Source: an uncultured Acidobacteriota bacterium (lineage in GTDB: Bacteria; Acidobacteriota; JAQAZP01). From it: a stretch of 64,000 nt of DNA. Shown one piece after another: positions 55,010 to 64,000 of the stretch. A program made the translations under genes and the position numbers. Below the pieces are notes generated by a model that had not been told where the DNA came from, made no database searches, and saw only the letters and a list, made by a program, of their open reading frames with translations. The stretch covers positions 3,330,442 through 3,394,441 of the forward strand of contig CAWIIB010000009.1 of NCBI GenBank assembly GCA_963836075.1, in the 5' to 3' direction. Positions within the stretch are counted from its first letter, which is position 1. Every line of letters starts with the position of its first letter.

Positions 55010-57958
55010 ATGCGCTCTTATTTGATGCTGCTCACCGTTCTGCTACTGGTTTCGATCATTGCTGGCCCCGCCATGCCCGTCCTTGCCGCGCCCGAAGCGC
55101 TGATCATGGTGGAGGCGGAGAGTGATTCAGCGGTGGAGGCGCTGGAGAGCGCCGGGGCCCCGGTCTGGTCCAGCGTGGGCCCGTACATCCTGGCCGGCGC
55201 CGACAGCCGGCTGGAGGCCGAACTCCGCGCCACGGGCGCCTGGGTGGTGGACCGGCATCCCTGGTCCGACGGCTCCTCCTATTACTGGGTGCACAGCGAC
55301 CCTGCCGCACAGGTTGACCTGGCCCGGTACCCGGGCGTGGAAGTGCTGCACCAGGAACCGGGGCTGGCCCTGGTCAAGGCCAGCGCAATGGCAGCCGAAC
55401 CGCTGGCGCGTTCACGGTTCGACCTGGTGCACGTGGATCGCACCCGCAAGACCCTGGATGTGGTGGCTCCGGCCGCAGAGCGGACCGGGGACCGCGAGTT
55501 CGGCGGCGACATCGACACCATGGTGGCCGGAATCATGCAGTTCAACTACAGCGGCGTGGTCCAGACCCTGCAGAACTTTGGTACCCGCTACACCTACACC
55601 ACCGGCGTGGACGATGCCGCGGACTGGATGTTCACCAGGCTCCAGGGCTACGGTTATGACGTGGAGCGGCACTACTTCGACATCGGCGCCTACTCCAAGC
55701 AGAACATCATCGCCACCAGGACAGGTCTGGTCTACCCCGACGAGGTGGTGCTGATCTGCGGCCACTACGACTCCACCTCGGACGACCCCGAAAACCTGGC
55801 CCCCGGCGCCGATGACAATGGCAGCGGCACGGCCGCCGTGCTGGAAGCGGCCCGGGTGATGGCCGGCTACGAGTTCGAACGGACGGTGGTCTTCGCCACC
55901 TTTGCCGGCGAGGAGCAGGGGCTTTACGGCAGCGGGGCCTATGCCGCGGACCTGGCCGCGGCCGGTACGAACGTGGTCGGCTGCTACAACTACGACATGA
56001 TCGCCTGGTCGGGCTCCGACACCGCACCGCCCGACCTGATCCTCTACACCAATGGCGGCGCGTCCACCGACCTGGCCAACCGGGTCCGCGACGCGGCCCT
56101 CCACTACGTCCCCACCGGGGTGGAGCCGGTGGTGGTCCCCGAGGCGATGACCGCCAGCGACCACGCCTCCTTCTGGAGCCAGGGCTACCCGGCCATCTGC
56201 GGCATCGAGGCCGAAGCCTGGAGCAGCGATTTCAATCCCTATTACCACACCACCAACGACACGGTGGCCAACTGCGACATGGCGTACGCCACCGCCTGCA
56301 CCAAAGCCGCGGTGGCCGCGGTGGCCGAGCACGCCTCGCCGCTGGTGGTGGACGGCCCGTATCTCGCACTCCACGACATGGTGGTGGACGACGACATGAG
56401 CGGCGCCAGCTTCGGAAACGGCAACGGCACAGTGGAGCCGGGCGAGATCGTCGAACTGACCCTGACCCTGCGCAACGTGGGTACCGAGGACGCGGTGGCG
56501 GTCAGCGGCACCCTGTCCACCACCTCTTCATACGCTGCGGTGAGCACGGCAACCCAGAGCTACGGCACTATCCTTTCGGACAACGGCACCGGCACGTCGG
56601 CCGGCCCCTACGTCTTCAGCGTCACCATGGACCTGCCCGACGGATACGAGATCCCCTTTGTCCTGGCGGTGACCGAAGCCCCGGCGACCATCGGCTTCGA
56701 CATCGCGGCCGCCGCGCCGGCGCTGGCCTACGCCGGACGAAGCGTGGACGATTCGGCCGGCGACGGTGACGGCATCGTCGATCCGGGGGAGACCGTCCTG
56801 CTGCAGATCGACCTGCGCAACGAAGGCTCGGTGGGGGCCACCGGGGTGGGCGGCACGCTGAGCACGTCCAACCCCCAGGTCACCGTGACCGACAACACGG
56901 CGGACTGGCCCGACATCTCCAGCGGCGCCAGCCAGGCGTCCCTGGCCCCGCACTTCACGGTGAGCTTCGGCGGCGGCCTCTCCTACGGTGAAACGGTGAG
57001 CTTCGACCTGGACACCGTAGCCGCCGAGGGCACGGGCAGCGTGACCTTCGACCTGGTGGTGGGCCAGGCCGTGCTCTTCTTCGACGACATGGAGGGGGGC
57101 GAGAACGGCTGGACCCACTACGAGGTGGCGGCCCAGGACGACTGGATGCTCGGCTACCCCGGCCCCAACGGCAACGACCCGGACGCGCCCTGGTCGGGCA
57201 TGAACCACTGGGGCAACGACCTGGCCCCCGACGGCTGGAACGGCGATTACTACGCCAACGTGCACAACTACCTCCAGTCGCCGGCCATCGACTGCAGCGG
57301 GTATGCCGGGGTGACCCTCAACTACATGCGCTGGCTCACTGTCGAGGACGCAATCTTCGACCAGGCCACCATCTATGTCAACGGCACCCAGGTCTGGCAG
57401 AACGCCGTGGGCGCCGACCACCTGGACAGCGAGTGGACGGTGCACGAGATCGACATCTCGGCCATTGCCGACGACAACCCGGCGGTGGTGGTGGAGTTCC
57501 ACATGGAGAGCGACGGCGGGGTGGAGTTCGGCGGCTGGAACATCGACGACTTGAGCCTGCTGGCCTTCGACCAGGGCGGCGGTCCGGTGGCCACCGTGGC
57601 CGCCACGCTGACCTGCGATCCCTCGGCGGGCACGGTACCTTTCGGCACGGCCATGTCCATCACCCTGGGCAATCTCTACGGCGGGTTCACCCGGACCATC
57701 TCCGGCCACATCGACATCACCGTGGCCGGGGGGAGTTACTTCCCCAACTGGCGCGCCGGGTACACCAACGTGGCTCCGGGGGGTAGTTACACCGCCAGCT
57801 GGGTGACCACCATCCCGGCCCTGGGGTCGGTGATCGGCGACAACTACTTCGAACTGGTGGTGGAGGACGTGACCGCAGCGCCGTACAACCAGCCGCCCTA
57901 TCCCGCGTCGGGCGATACCGACATGGACGGTTGCACGGTGACCGGTATCGCGCCGTAA
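55010..57958 (+). CDS. Secreted M28-family metallopeptidase with additional beta-sandwich domains and the shared C-terminal module
   Basis: Signal peptide. ICGHYDS...GADDNGSGTAAVLE...FAGEEQGLYGS...NYDMI. RBS GGAGG. Confidence 0.8.
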   Translation: MRSYLMLLTVLLLVSIIAGPAMPVLAAPEALIMVEAESDSAVEALESAGAPVWSSVGPYILAGADSRLEAELRATGAWVVDRHPWSDGSSYYWVHSDPAAQVDLARYPGVEVLHQEPGLALVKASAMAAEPLARSRFDLVHVDRTRKTLDVVAPAAERTGDREFGGDIDTMVAGIMQFNYSGVVQTLQNFGTRYTYTTGVDDAADWMFTRLQGYGYDVERHYFDIGAYSKQNIIATRTGLVYPDEVVLICGHYDSTSDDPENLAPGADDNGSGTAAVLEAARVMAGYEFERTVVFATFAGEEQGLYGSGAYAADLAAAGTNVVGCYNYDMIAWSGSDTAPPDLILYTNGGASTDLANRVRDAALHYVPTGVEPVVVPEAMTASDHASFWSQGYPAICGIEAEAWSSDFNPYYHTTNDTVANCDMAYATACTKAAVAAVAEHASPLVVDGPYLALHDMVVDDDMSGASFGNGNGTVEPGEIVELTLTLRNVGTEDAVAVSGTLSTTSSYAAVSTATQSYGTILSDNGTGTSAGPYVFSVTMDLPDGYEIPFVLAVTEAPATIGFDIAAAAPALAYAGRSVDDSAGDGDGIVDPGETVLLQIDLRNEGSVGATGVGGTLSTSNPQVTVTDNTADWPDISSGASQASLAPHFTVSFGGGLSYGETVSFDLDTVAAEGTGSVTFDLVVGQAVLFFDDMEGGENGWTHYEVAAQDDWMLGYPGPNGNDPDAPWSGMNHWGNDLAPDGWNGDYYANVHNYLQSPAIDCSGYAGVTLNYMRWLTVEDAIFDQATIYVNGTQVWQNAVGADHLDSEWTVHEIDISAIADDNPAVVVEFHMESDGGVEFGGWNIDDLSLLAFDQGGGPVATVAATLTCDPSAGTVPFGTAMSITLGNLYGGFTRTISGHIDITVAGGSYFPNWRAGYTNVAPGGSYTASWVTTIPALGSVIGDNYFELVVEDVTAAPYNQPPYPASGDTDMDGCTVTGIAP
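57596..57958 (+). other. Shared C-terminal module, copy C (last 120 aa)
   Basis: 43 of 63 positions are identical to copy A across SYFPNWRAGYTN...GDTD by hand alignment. Confidence 0.7.
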
Positions 57959-57975
57959 GAACCGATGAAACTAAT

Positions 57976-58018
57976 AACCGCCTGACTGCTGGAGCATCCG
58001 GCAGCAGGCGGTTTTTTC
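57976..58018 (+). terminator. Rho-independent terminator between the convergent M28 and oxidoreductase genes
   Basis: AACCGCCTG(A)CTGC, loop, GCAGCAGGCGGTT, followed by T6. Confidence 0.6.
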
Positions 58019-58047
58019 TGAGGCCGGTGGTTGTACCCGGTGGGGGA

Positions 58048-58584
58048 TCAGCCCTCCCCGCGCTTCCAGCCCTCGGCAAAGGCTTCGAGATTGAGGATGT
58101 CGGTGCCCCGGGGCACGTTCTCCACGATGGTCTTCTCCAGGCTCGTGCGGTCCACCAGCCCGGAGATGGCGCCGAGAAAACCGAGCACCACCATGTTGGT
58201 GACGATGCGCCGGCCCAGGTCCTGGGCAGCGATGCGGGTGGCCGGAATGGCGTGGACCGTGCCCTGAAAGTCATCGGGAAGCTGTACCAGGTCTTGCTCC
58301 ACGATCAGGATTCCCCCCGGTTTGACGTCGTGAAGAAAGGCGTCGCAGGAGTCCTGGCTGAGGAGCATCAGGATGTCGAAACGGTCGGGTTCGATGTCAT
58401 GGATCCCGCCGTCGCTCACCGTGACGTCGCTGGTGCAGAGCCCGCCGCGGGCCGAGCTGCCGTAGGCCTGGTTCTGCAGGGCGCTCTTGCCGTCGAGGAT
58501 GGCTGCCGCGCCGAAGATCTCCCCCGATTTGACGATGCCCTGGCCGCCGAAGCCGGCGAAGCGGACGGTCTTTTCGGTGCTCAT
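58048..58584 (-). CDS. 2-oxoacid:ferredoxin oxidoreductase gamma subunit
   Basis: VRFAGFGGQGIVKSGEIFG pattern. Overlaps the beta subunit gene by 4 nt. Confidence 0.85.
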   Translation of the reverse strand: MSTEKTVRFAGFGGQGIVKSGEIFGAAAILDGKSALQNQAYGSSARGGLCTSDVTVSDGGIHDIEPDRFDILMLLSQDSCDAFLHDVKPGGILIVEQDLVQLPDDFQGTVHAIPATRIAAQDLGRRIVTNMVVLGFLGAISGLVDRTSLEKTIVENVPRGTDILNLEAFAEGWKRGEG

Positions 58585-59459
58585 CGTTCGTCCTCCTCGG
58601 CCAGGGCCGCGGAGCTCACCTGCTCCACCTGCCGGTAGAGCCGCTGGCAGAACTCGGGCGCTTCACGCTGTTTCAGCCGCCCCACCACGATTTTGTCCTC
58701 CAGCTCTTCCTCGGTCATTTTCTTCGCCCTGGACAGCCGTACCGAGCGTGCCTTGTAGTCGGCGAGGAAGTCGGCGGCGTTCCGCTTGCCCACCGCCTTG
58801 CCGTAGGAGGTGGTGCACTGGCCGACCACCTCGACAAAGGAGAAGCCGGGGTGCTCCAGCGCTTCCTTGAACGAGCGGACCAGGTCCAGCACGTGCCAGG
58901 TGGTCCAGCGGGCGACATAGGACGCGCCGGCGGCGGCCACCAGGTCGGCCACGTCGAACCGGTTTTCCACATTGCCGTGGGGTGTGGTGGTGGTGCGTAT
59001 GCCGGGGGGCGTGGTGGGGGCCACCTGCCCGCCGGTCATGCCGTAGATCGAGTTGTTGACCATCAGCACCGTGAGGTCCACATTGCGCCGGGCGGCGTGG
59101 ATCAGGTGGTTGCCGCCGATGCCCGAGATGTCGCCGTCGCCGGCGATCACCACCACCTTCATCTGCGGCGACATCACCCGCACCCCGGTGGCAAAGGCGA
59201 TGGCCCGGCCGTGGGTGGTGTGCAGGGTGTCGGCGAGAAAGTAGGGGCTGGGGATCCAGGAAGAGCAGCCGATGCCGGTGACCATCACCATCTCGTGCGG
59301 GTCATACTCCAGTTCGTCCACCGCCTTGCAGAAGCAGTTGAGCACCGTGCCGCCGCCGCAGCCGGTGCAGAAGATGGTGGGCAGGATTCCGGGCCGCACG
59401 TAACGGTGCAGCGGGTTGCGCACCACGGCCGCTGTGCTGTTCGATTCTGTCGCGCTCAT
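58581..59459 (-). CDS. 2-oxoacid:ferredoxin oxidoreductase beta (TPP-binding) subunit
   Basis: FCTGCGGG...GDGD...GGNH..NNSIYGMTGGQ. Confidence 0.9.
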   Translation of the reverse strand: MSATESNSTAAVVRNPLHRYVRPGILPTIFCTGCGGGTVLNCFCKAVDELEYDPHEMVMVTGIGCSSWIPSPYFLADTLHTTHGRAIAFATGVRVMSPQMKVVVIAGDGDISGIGGNHLIHAARRNVDLTVLMVNNSIYGMTGGQVAPTTPPGIRTTTTPHGNVENRFDVADLVAAAGASYVARWTTWHVLDLVRSFKEALEHPGFSFVEVVGQCTTSYGKAVGKRNAADFLADYKARSVRLSRAKKMTEEELEDKIVVGRLKQREAPEFCQRLYRQVEQVSSAALAEEDER

Positions 59460-60604
59460 GACATGTGCTCCATAAGTGCGGTGTGGATCTCGTCCACGGT
59501 GTGCACCACCCCGCCGATCTTGGACAGGCTGCGCACCGGGCAGCCGGCGAACCGTTCCAGCTCGCGGGAGAGCTGGCCCAGGTTCATTTCGGGCACCAGC
59601 ACCAGGTCGACATCGGCCAGCAGCTGGGTGATCGCCGGGCCGGGGAAGGGCCAGACATTGACCAGCCGGATGAACCCGGCCGGATGGCCGGCGGCCCGGG
59701 CCCTTTCCACGGCACCAAGGGCCGGCCGGGCGGTGGCGCCGAGGGAGACCACCGCCACCCGGGCGCCGTCCATCTGCCGCACGTCGAGGCGGGTCAATTC
59801 CCCGCGGGCCGAGGTGAGCTTCTCGTTGAGGCGCAGCACCAGTTCCTCGTGCACCTCCCTGGTGCTCACGTCGCGGATGCCGTCCGCCTTGTGTGTCGAG
59901 CCGGTGATGTGCACGTTCAGGCGGTCGCCGATCTGGGCCATGGGCGGCACCAGGGTTCCGCCGAAGGCCAGGTCGCCCTCTCTGGCCCGGGGCCGCGGGG
60001 CGATGTCCGCGTCGGTGTAGTCGGGGTAGGTCAGCGGCTCGCGGATGTGGCCCACCGCGCCGTCCATCAAAACGATCACCGGGGTGCGGTATTGTTCAGA
60101 AAGGGCGAAGCTGTCGCGCACCAGGTCGAAGCACTCCTGCACCGACCAGGGGCAGACGGCGATGATCTCGTGGTCCCCGTGGGTGCCCCAGCGGGCCTGC
60201 ATGATGTCGCCCTGGGCCGGCTTGGTGGCCTGGCCGGTGGAGGGGCCCGAGCGCTGCACGTCCACCACCACGCAGGGTGTCTCGGTCATCACCGCGTAGC
60301 CCACGGCCTCCTGCATCAACGAGAAACCGGGCCCGCTGGTGGCGGTCATGGAGCGTGCACCGCACCAGGCCGCGCCGACGATGCCGGAGATACTGGCGAT
60401 CTCGTCCTCGAACTGCACGTAGTAGCCGCCCACCCGGGGCAGTTCCCGGGCCATTACCTCGGCGATCTCCGAGGCCGGGGTGATGGGGTAGCCGCCGAAA
60501 AAGCTGCAGCCGGAGAAGACGGCGCCCAGGGCCGCGGCCTCGTCACCCATGACGAATTCGGTGCGGCCGGCGAAACGACTCAGATACTGCTCGCGCACGC
60601 TCAT
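59456..60604 (-). CDS. 2-oxoacid:ferredoxin oxidoreductase alpha subunit
   Basis: GNEAAALGA-like N-terminus (GDEAAALGAVFSGCSFFGGYPITPASEI). 382 aa, in the operon. Confidence 0.9.
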   Translation of the reverse strand: MSVREQYLSRFAGRTEFVMGDEAAALGAVFSGCSFFGGYPITPASEIAEVMARELPRVGGYYVQFEDEIASISGIVGAAWCGARSMTATSGPGFSLMQEAVGYAVMTETPCVVVDVQRSGPSTGQATKPAQGDIMQARWGTHGDHEIIAVCPWSVQECFDLVRDSFALSEQYRTPVIVLMDGAVGHIREPLTYPDYTDADIAPRPRAREGDLAFGGTLVPPMAQIGDRLNVHITGSTHKADGIRDVSTREVHEELVLRLNEKLTSARGELTRLDVRQMDGARVAVVSLGATARPALGAVERARAAGHPAGFIRLVNVWPFPGPAITQLLADVDLVLVPEMNLGQLSRELERFAGCPVRSLSKIGGVVHTVDEIHTALMEHMS

Positions 60605-60861
60605 GACGCACCTCCTTCTCCCTGGTCTTCCAGCACGGCGATGGCCAGTTGCGGGCAGCCCAGTTCGCAGAGCGTGCAGCCGGTGCAGGCCCCGGGCTCT
60701 TCCGGCACGGCCGGAAAGACCCCCCGCCGGCTCAGCTCCGGGCTGAGACGGAAGACCGCCGGTTTGCAGAAGAAGATGCAGACGCCGCAGCCGTCACACA
60801 GCTCGGCGTCAACGTGCACCTGGTAGTGCCGCTTCATTTTCTCGGTTTTCTCCGTGGTCAT
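60601..60861 (-). CDS. 4Fe-4S ferredoxin-type delta subunit
   Basis: Two clusters, CDGCGVCIFFC and CTGCTLCELGC. Confidence 0.8.
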   Translation of the reverse strand: MTTEKTEKMKRHYQVHVDAELCDGCGVCIFFCKPAVFRLSPELSRRGVFPAVPEEPGACTGCTLCELGCPQLAIAVLEDQGEGGAS

Positions 60862-61074
60862 GGTGTCCGTTCTGTTTCAGCGATGCGGGTTTCCCTAATC
60901 AACGACGGAATCGCTGGCCCCTTTTTAGCTGACCGGGCCTTGTTCGTCAAGGGACGGCGCCGGCAGCGCCAGGCGGTTCAGGGTCGGTGGTTGCCTGACG
61001 GGCCCGGTTCAGGTGATGATAGTGACACCGGAGAGGAACATTCCAGGGACGGAGAAACAGGGGAGGGGAACGGC

Positions 61075-61495
61075 ATGAAATCGATCTATCTCTGCGGTCC
61101 GATCATGGACGAGCACCAGGGCGAGGCCCGCAGGTGGCGGGAGACTGCCAAAGCTGATCTGGGCGATGCGTTCAGGCTGCTCGACCCCATGCGGCGGAAT
61201 TTCAGGGACCGGGAGGTGGACTCGGCCAACGAGATCGTCGAGTTCGACCTCCAGGACATCCGCGACGCCGAGATCATCCTGGTCAACTACGGCAAACCGA
61301 GCATCGGCACCTGCGATGGAGGTCTTCTACGCCAGCCACGACCAGAAGAAGTTCGTGGTGGCCTTCTCGCCCTTCGGCTTCCAGGACTGCTCGCCCTGGA
61401 TGGTCCGTTACTGCACCAAGATCCTCCCCTCGCTGGAGGAGGCCTGCGACTACATCCGCCGGCATTTCGGCGAAAATCCCGGAGAGGTTCCGTGA
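61075..61495 (+). pseudogene. Nucleoside 2-deoxyribosyltransferase-like protein, frame broken near 61312
   Basis: MKSIYLCGPI...ILVNYGKPSIGT is in one frame and AMEVFYASHDQKKFVVAF... in ORF 61166..61495. Deleting T61312 restores SIGTAMEVFYA, the D/S-x-G-T-x-x-E catalytic motif. Confidence 0.55.
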
Positions 61496-61527
61496 CAAGG
61501 GCGCAACCGGTCAGCATCACCGATACA

Positions 61528-62784
61528 TCAGAACCGGAGCACCAGCCAGATCACCGGAACATGGAGCAAGGCCAGCATTCCGAACCGGATGGCGGTGCTG
61601 CGCCAGGCCGTTCGGGCGAGGAAGGCGAAATATCCGCCTTTGACCAGCGTGTTGCTCATCATCGCCACCAGGATGGCCATGACGGTCATGGGAATCTGGC
61701 CCTCCGGACGCACGACCCGGACCAGGGAGAGGATGTAGGGGTCGATGTCGGTCACGCCGACAATCGCGGAGAGACCGAGCAGGCCGGCATTGCCGAAGTT
61801 CTGCTCGATAAGTACGGTGGCGACGGAGAGCGCCACGAACACGAGGGCGAAGAGCAGGGCCGGCCTGATCTCGAAGGGGTTTTGCAGGTTGTTGATCTGC
61901 TCCGTGTCGGCGGGTTTACCCCCCTTCCCGGACCAGAAGGAGAGCAGGGCGCCGGCCAGGGCGAGAACCGCCAACGGCCACCAGAGGAATGGCACCACGC
62001 TGCGGTTGATGATCCAGACCAATACCAGGACCCGGAGATACATCACGCTGCTGGCCAGCAGGGCTGCCTGAAGGGCGTTGTTCGCCCGATTTTCATCATG
62101 CTGGACCAGCCGGCCCATGGCGATGGCTACTGCGGTGCTGGAGACCACGCCCCCGAGCAAGCCGGCGAGCCACAGCCCATAGCGGGCGCCGAACTTTTTC
62201 ACCAGGAAGTAACCGACGAACCCCACGGTGGAAACAAGGATTACGATCTGCCAGATCCGTGCGGGATTAAGCTGGAACCTGGTGAAGGACTCGTTGGGCA
62301 GGGCGGGGAGAATGATCACGGTGACGATGAGGAATTTGAGAACAGCGAGGAACTCCGCCTTGTCCAGCCGTTCGACAAACCGCTCCAGCCCCGCCTTTTC
62401 GGTGAGGAGCAGCGTGTTGACCACCGCCAGTGTCACCGGCACCCAGATGTCGGTGATCAGGGCCAGGGCGCCGGTGATGTAGGTCAGTGCGGCGGCGATT
62501 TCACTGGTCCAGCCGGCCTGCCCCTCCCTGATCCGGGCCATGTAGCCGGCCACGGCCAGGGCGGTCACGGTGAGCAGGCCCAGGGGCAGGGCTGAGGGGA
62601 TACCGGACTGGTGGAGCCAGGCACAGCCGAATCCGAACAGGCTGATGATGGTGTAGGTGCGTACGCCGATCAGGATACGCCTGTTGTCCCGCAGCTTGAC
62701 ACTTTCGCGTTCGAGACCAACCAGCAGGCCGAGACCCAGCGCCACGAGAAAGCGGAGCTCAAATGTCCATTCGAGGTTTCCCAT
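61528..62784 (-). CDS. MgtC/SapB-family membrane protein fused to DUF4010
   Basis: LRFLVALGLGLLVGLERE N-terminus. 418 aa and polytopic. Confidence 0.7.
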   Translation of the reverse strand: MGNLEWTFELRFLVALGLGLLVGLERESVKLRDNRRILIGVRTYTIISLFGFGCAWLHQSGIPSALPLGLLTVTALAVAGYMARIREGQAGWTSEIAAALTYITGALALITDIWVPVTLAVVNTLLLTEKAGLERFVERLDKAEFLAVLKFLIVTVIILPALPNESFTRFQLNPARIWQIVILVSTVGFVGYFLVKKFGARYGLWLAGLLGGVVSSTAVAIAMGRLVQHDENRANNALQAALLASSVMYLRVLVLVWIINRSVVPFLWWPLAVLALAGALLSFWSGKGGKPADTEQINNLQNPFEIRPALLFALVFVALSVATVLIEQNFGNAGLLGLSAIVGVTDIDPYILSLVRVVRPEGQIPMTVMAILVAMMSNTLVKGGYFAFLARTAWRSTAIRFGMLALLHVPVIWLVLRF

Positions 62785-62967
62785 CGCAATACCTTTCCGG
62801 CTGGCGGCGTCTGACGGGACGGCAACCTTTGCTTATTGTAACAGCAACCGCGGACGGGAAAAATAGAACGTTTGCTGCGTTCCTGTTTTCGGATGTAACA
62901 TGGCGAGTGTGATCGATTCACGTGCCCTGATAACGATGCCATCACTGTTGCCGGGAGAATTCCGTCG

Positions 62968-64000
62968 ATGGCCGTCCACCTCACCGCCTGCCCGAGAAAT
63001 TGCTACAGCACCTGCGCCATGAAGGTGACGGTGGAGGAGGGGCGGCTCACCGCGGTGGAGCCCCACCCGGGCAACCGGGCCACGGCCGAAGGCCCATGCC
63101 TCAAGGGGCTGAGCTACGTGGAGCGGCAGCACAGCCCCGACAGGCTGCTCCACCCCCTGCGGCGGCAGCCTGACGGTTCATTGGTGCAGGTGGGCTGGGA
63201 CGAGGCGCTGGACGCGGTGGCCCGGCAGCTGCGATCGGTGCTCGAGACCTACGGTCCCCGGGCGGTCCTGCACTACGCCGGCAGCGGCACCAAGGGTCTG
63301 CTCAACGAGTGCAGTCTCGCCTTCTGGCGCCGTTTCGGCGGCTGCACCACCACCTACGGCGACCTCTGCTGGCCGGCGGGGCTGGAAGCCGCCCGGCTGA
63401 CCCTCGGCGAGAACATCCACAACGCCCCCTGGGATCTGGCCAATGCCCGGCTCATCGTGCTCTGGGGCAAGAACCCGGCGGAGACCAATATCCACCAGCA
63501 GATCTTCATCAACCAGGCGCTGGATGAAGGCGCCCGGCTGGTGGTGGTCGACCCGCGGCGCACCGAGAGCGCCGAACGGGCCCAATTGCTCATCCAGCCC
63601 AAACCGGGCACCGACGGCTTCCTCGCCCTGGCCGTGGCCAAACTGCTGGTGGAAAGGGGAGGGGTGGACGAAGAGTTCGTCCACCGGCACGTCCTCGGAT
63701 TCGACCGCTTCGCTGCCATGGTGCGGGAGATCGATCTCGAAGAAGTGGTCCGAACCTGCGGGGTGCCGGTGCCGGCCATGGAGACGCTGGCCGGCCTGTT
63801 CGCCCGTGTCCATCCGGCAACCATCTGCGCCGGCTACGGCATGCAGCGCTACACCAACAGCGGCCAGACCATGCGGGCGCTGCTTTCGCTGCCGGTGATC
63901 ACCGGCAACATCGGCAAGCCGGGCGGGGGATGGGTCTACGCCAACCTGCAGACCCATGTATTCGGCGGCCCCCGGGACCCGGTGGCCTGTTTTCCGCCGG
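62968..64000 (+). CDS. Molybdopterin (MopB-superfamily) oxidoreductase catalytic subunit, 3' end off window
   Basis: Not in the ORF track because it has no stop. My translation from ATG 62968 gives MAVHLTACPRNCYSTCAMKV... (an N-terminal Cys cluster), VLWGKNPAETN, LVVVDPRRTE and KPGTDGFLALA. Confidence 0.85.
   Translation, partial: MAVHLTACPRNCYSTCAMKVTVEEGRLTAVEPHPGNRATAEGPCLKGLSYVERQHSPDRLLHPLRRQPDGSLVQVGWDEALDAVARQLRSVLETYGPRAVLHYAGSGTKGLLNECSLAFWRRFGGCTTTYGDLCWPAGLEAARLTLGENIHNAPWDLANARLIVLWGKNPAETNIHQQIFINQALDEGARLVVVDPRRTESAERAQLLIQPKPGTDGFLALAVAKLLVERGGVDEEFVHRHVLGFDRFAAMVREIDLEEVVRTCGVPVPAMETLAGLFARVHPATICAGYGMQRYTNSGQTMRALLSLPVITGNIGKPGGGWVYANLQTHVFGGPRDPVACFPP

Overview
This is a GC-rich, densely coding bacterial segment with genes on both strands. 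I saw no rRNA, tRNA, CRISPR array, transposase or integrase. All calls come from reading the supplied translations and the DNA by eye; no searches were run, so family names are motif-based and start codons are approximate.

Gene content points to an uncultivated, probably anaerobic bacterium, but taxonomy cannot be assigned. That content includes a sigma54 enhancer-binding response regulator with its histidine kinase, an ECF sigma/anti-sigma pair, EttA and Uup ABC-F proteins, a 4-subunit 2-oxoacid:ferredoxin oxidoreductase, a tricorn-like protease and many secreted FG-GAP/beta-propeller proteins.

1. **Main candidate (29291-39175, + strand).** An 11-gene operon sits behind a ~30% GC spacer and a divergent HTH gene. 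It holds two ubiquitin-like conjugation cassettes flanking a proteasomal-type AAA+ ATPase with a coiled-coil and OB N-domain. The first cassette is RING-like, E1, HPN-Cys E2, an unknown protein, a Ubl ending in Gly, and a JAB-like protein. The second has the Bil-like order Ubl, E2-like, JAB, E1. No peptidase partner is present.
2. **Archaeal-type mevalonate route (5966-14471).** The genes are mvk, IDI-2, a UbiD-family decarboxylase, an AcnX large and small subunit pair, and isopentenyl phosphate kinase, all in a bacterial context.
3. **Shared C-terminal module.** A 120-aa module aligns without gaps at the C-termini of three unrelated secreted proteins.
4. **Gly-rich secreted proteins (21500-27050).** A sigma54 two-component cluster encodes several of these, including an outer-membrane-barrel candidate with 22 consecutive Gly codons.
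5. **Frameshifts.** Four otherwise recognisable genes carry apparent single-nucleotide frameshifts. This suggests either assembly indels or gene decay.
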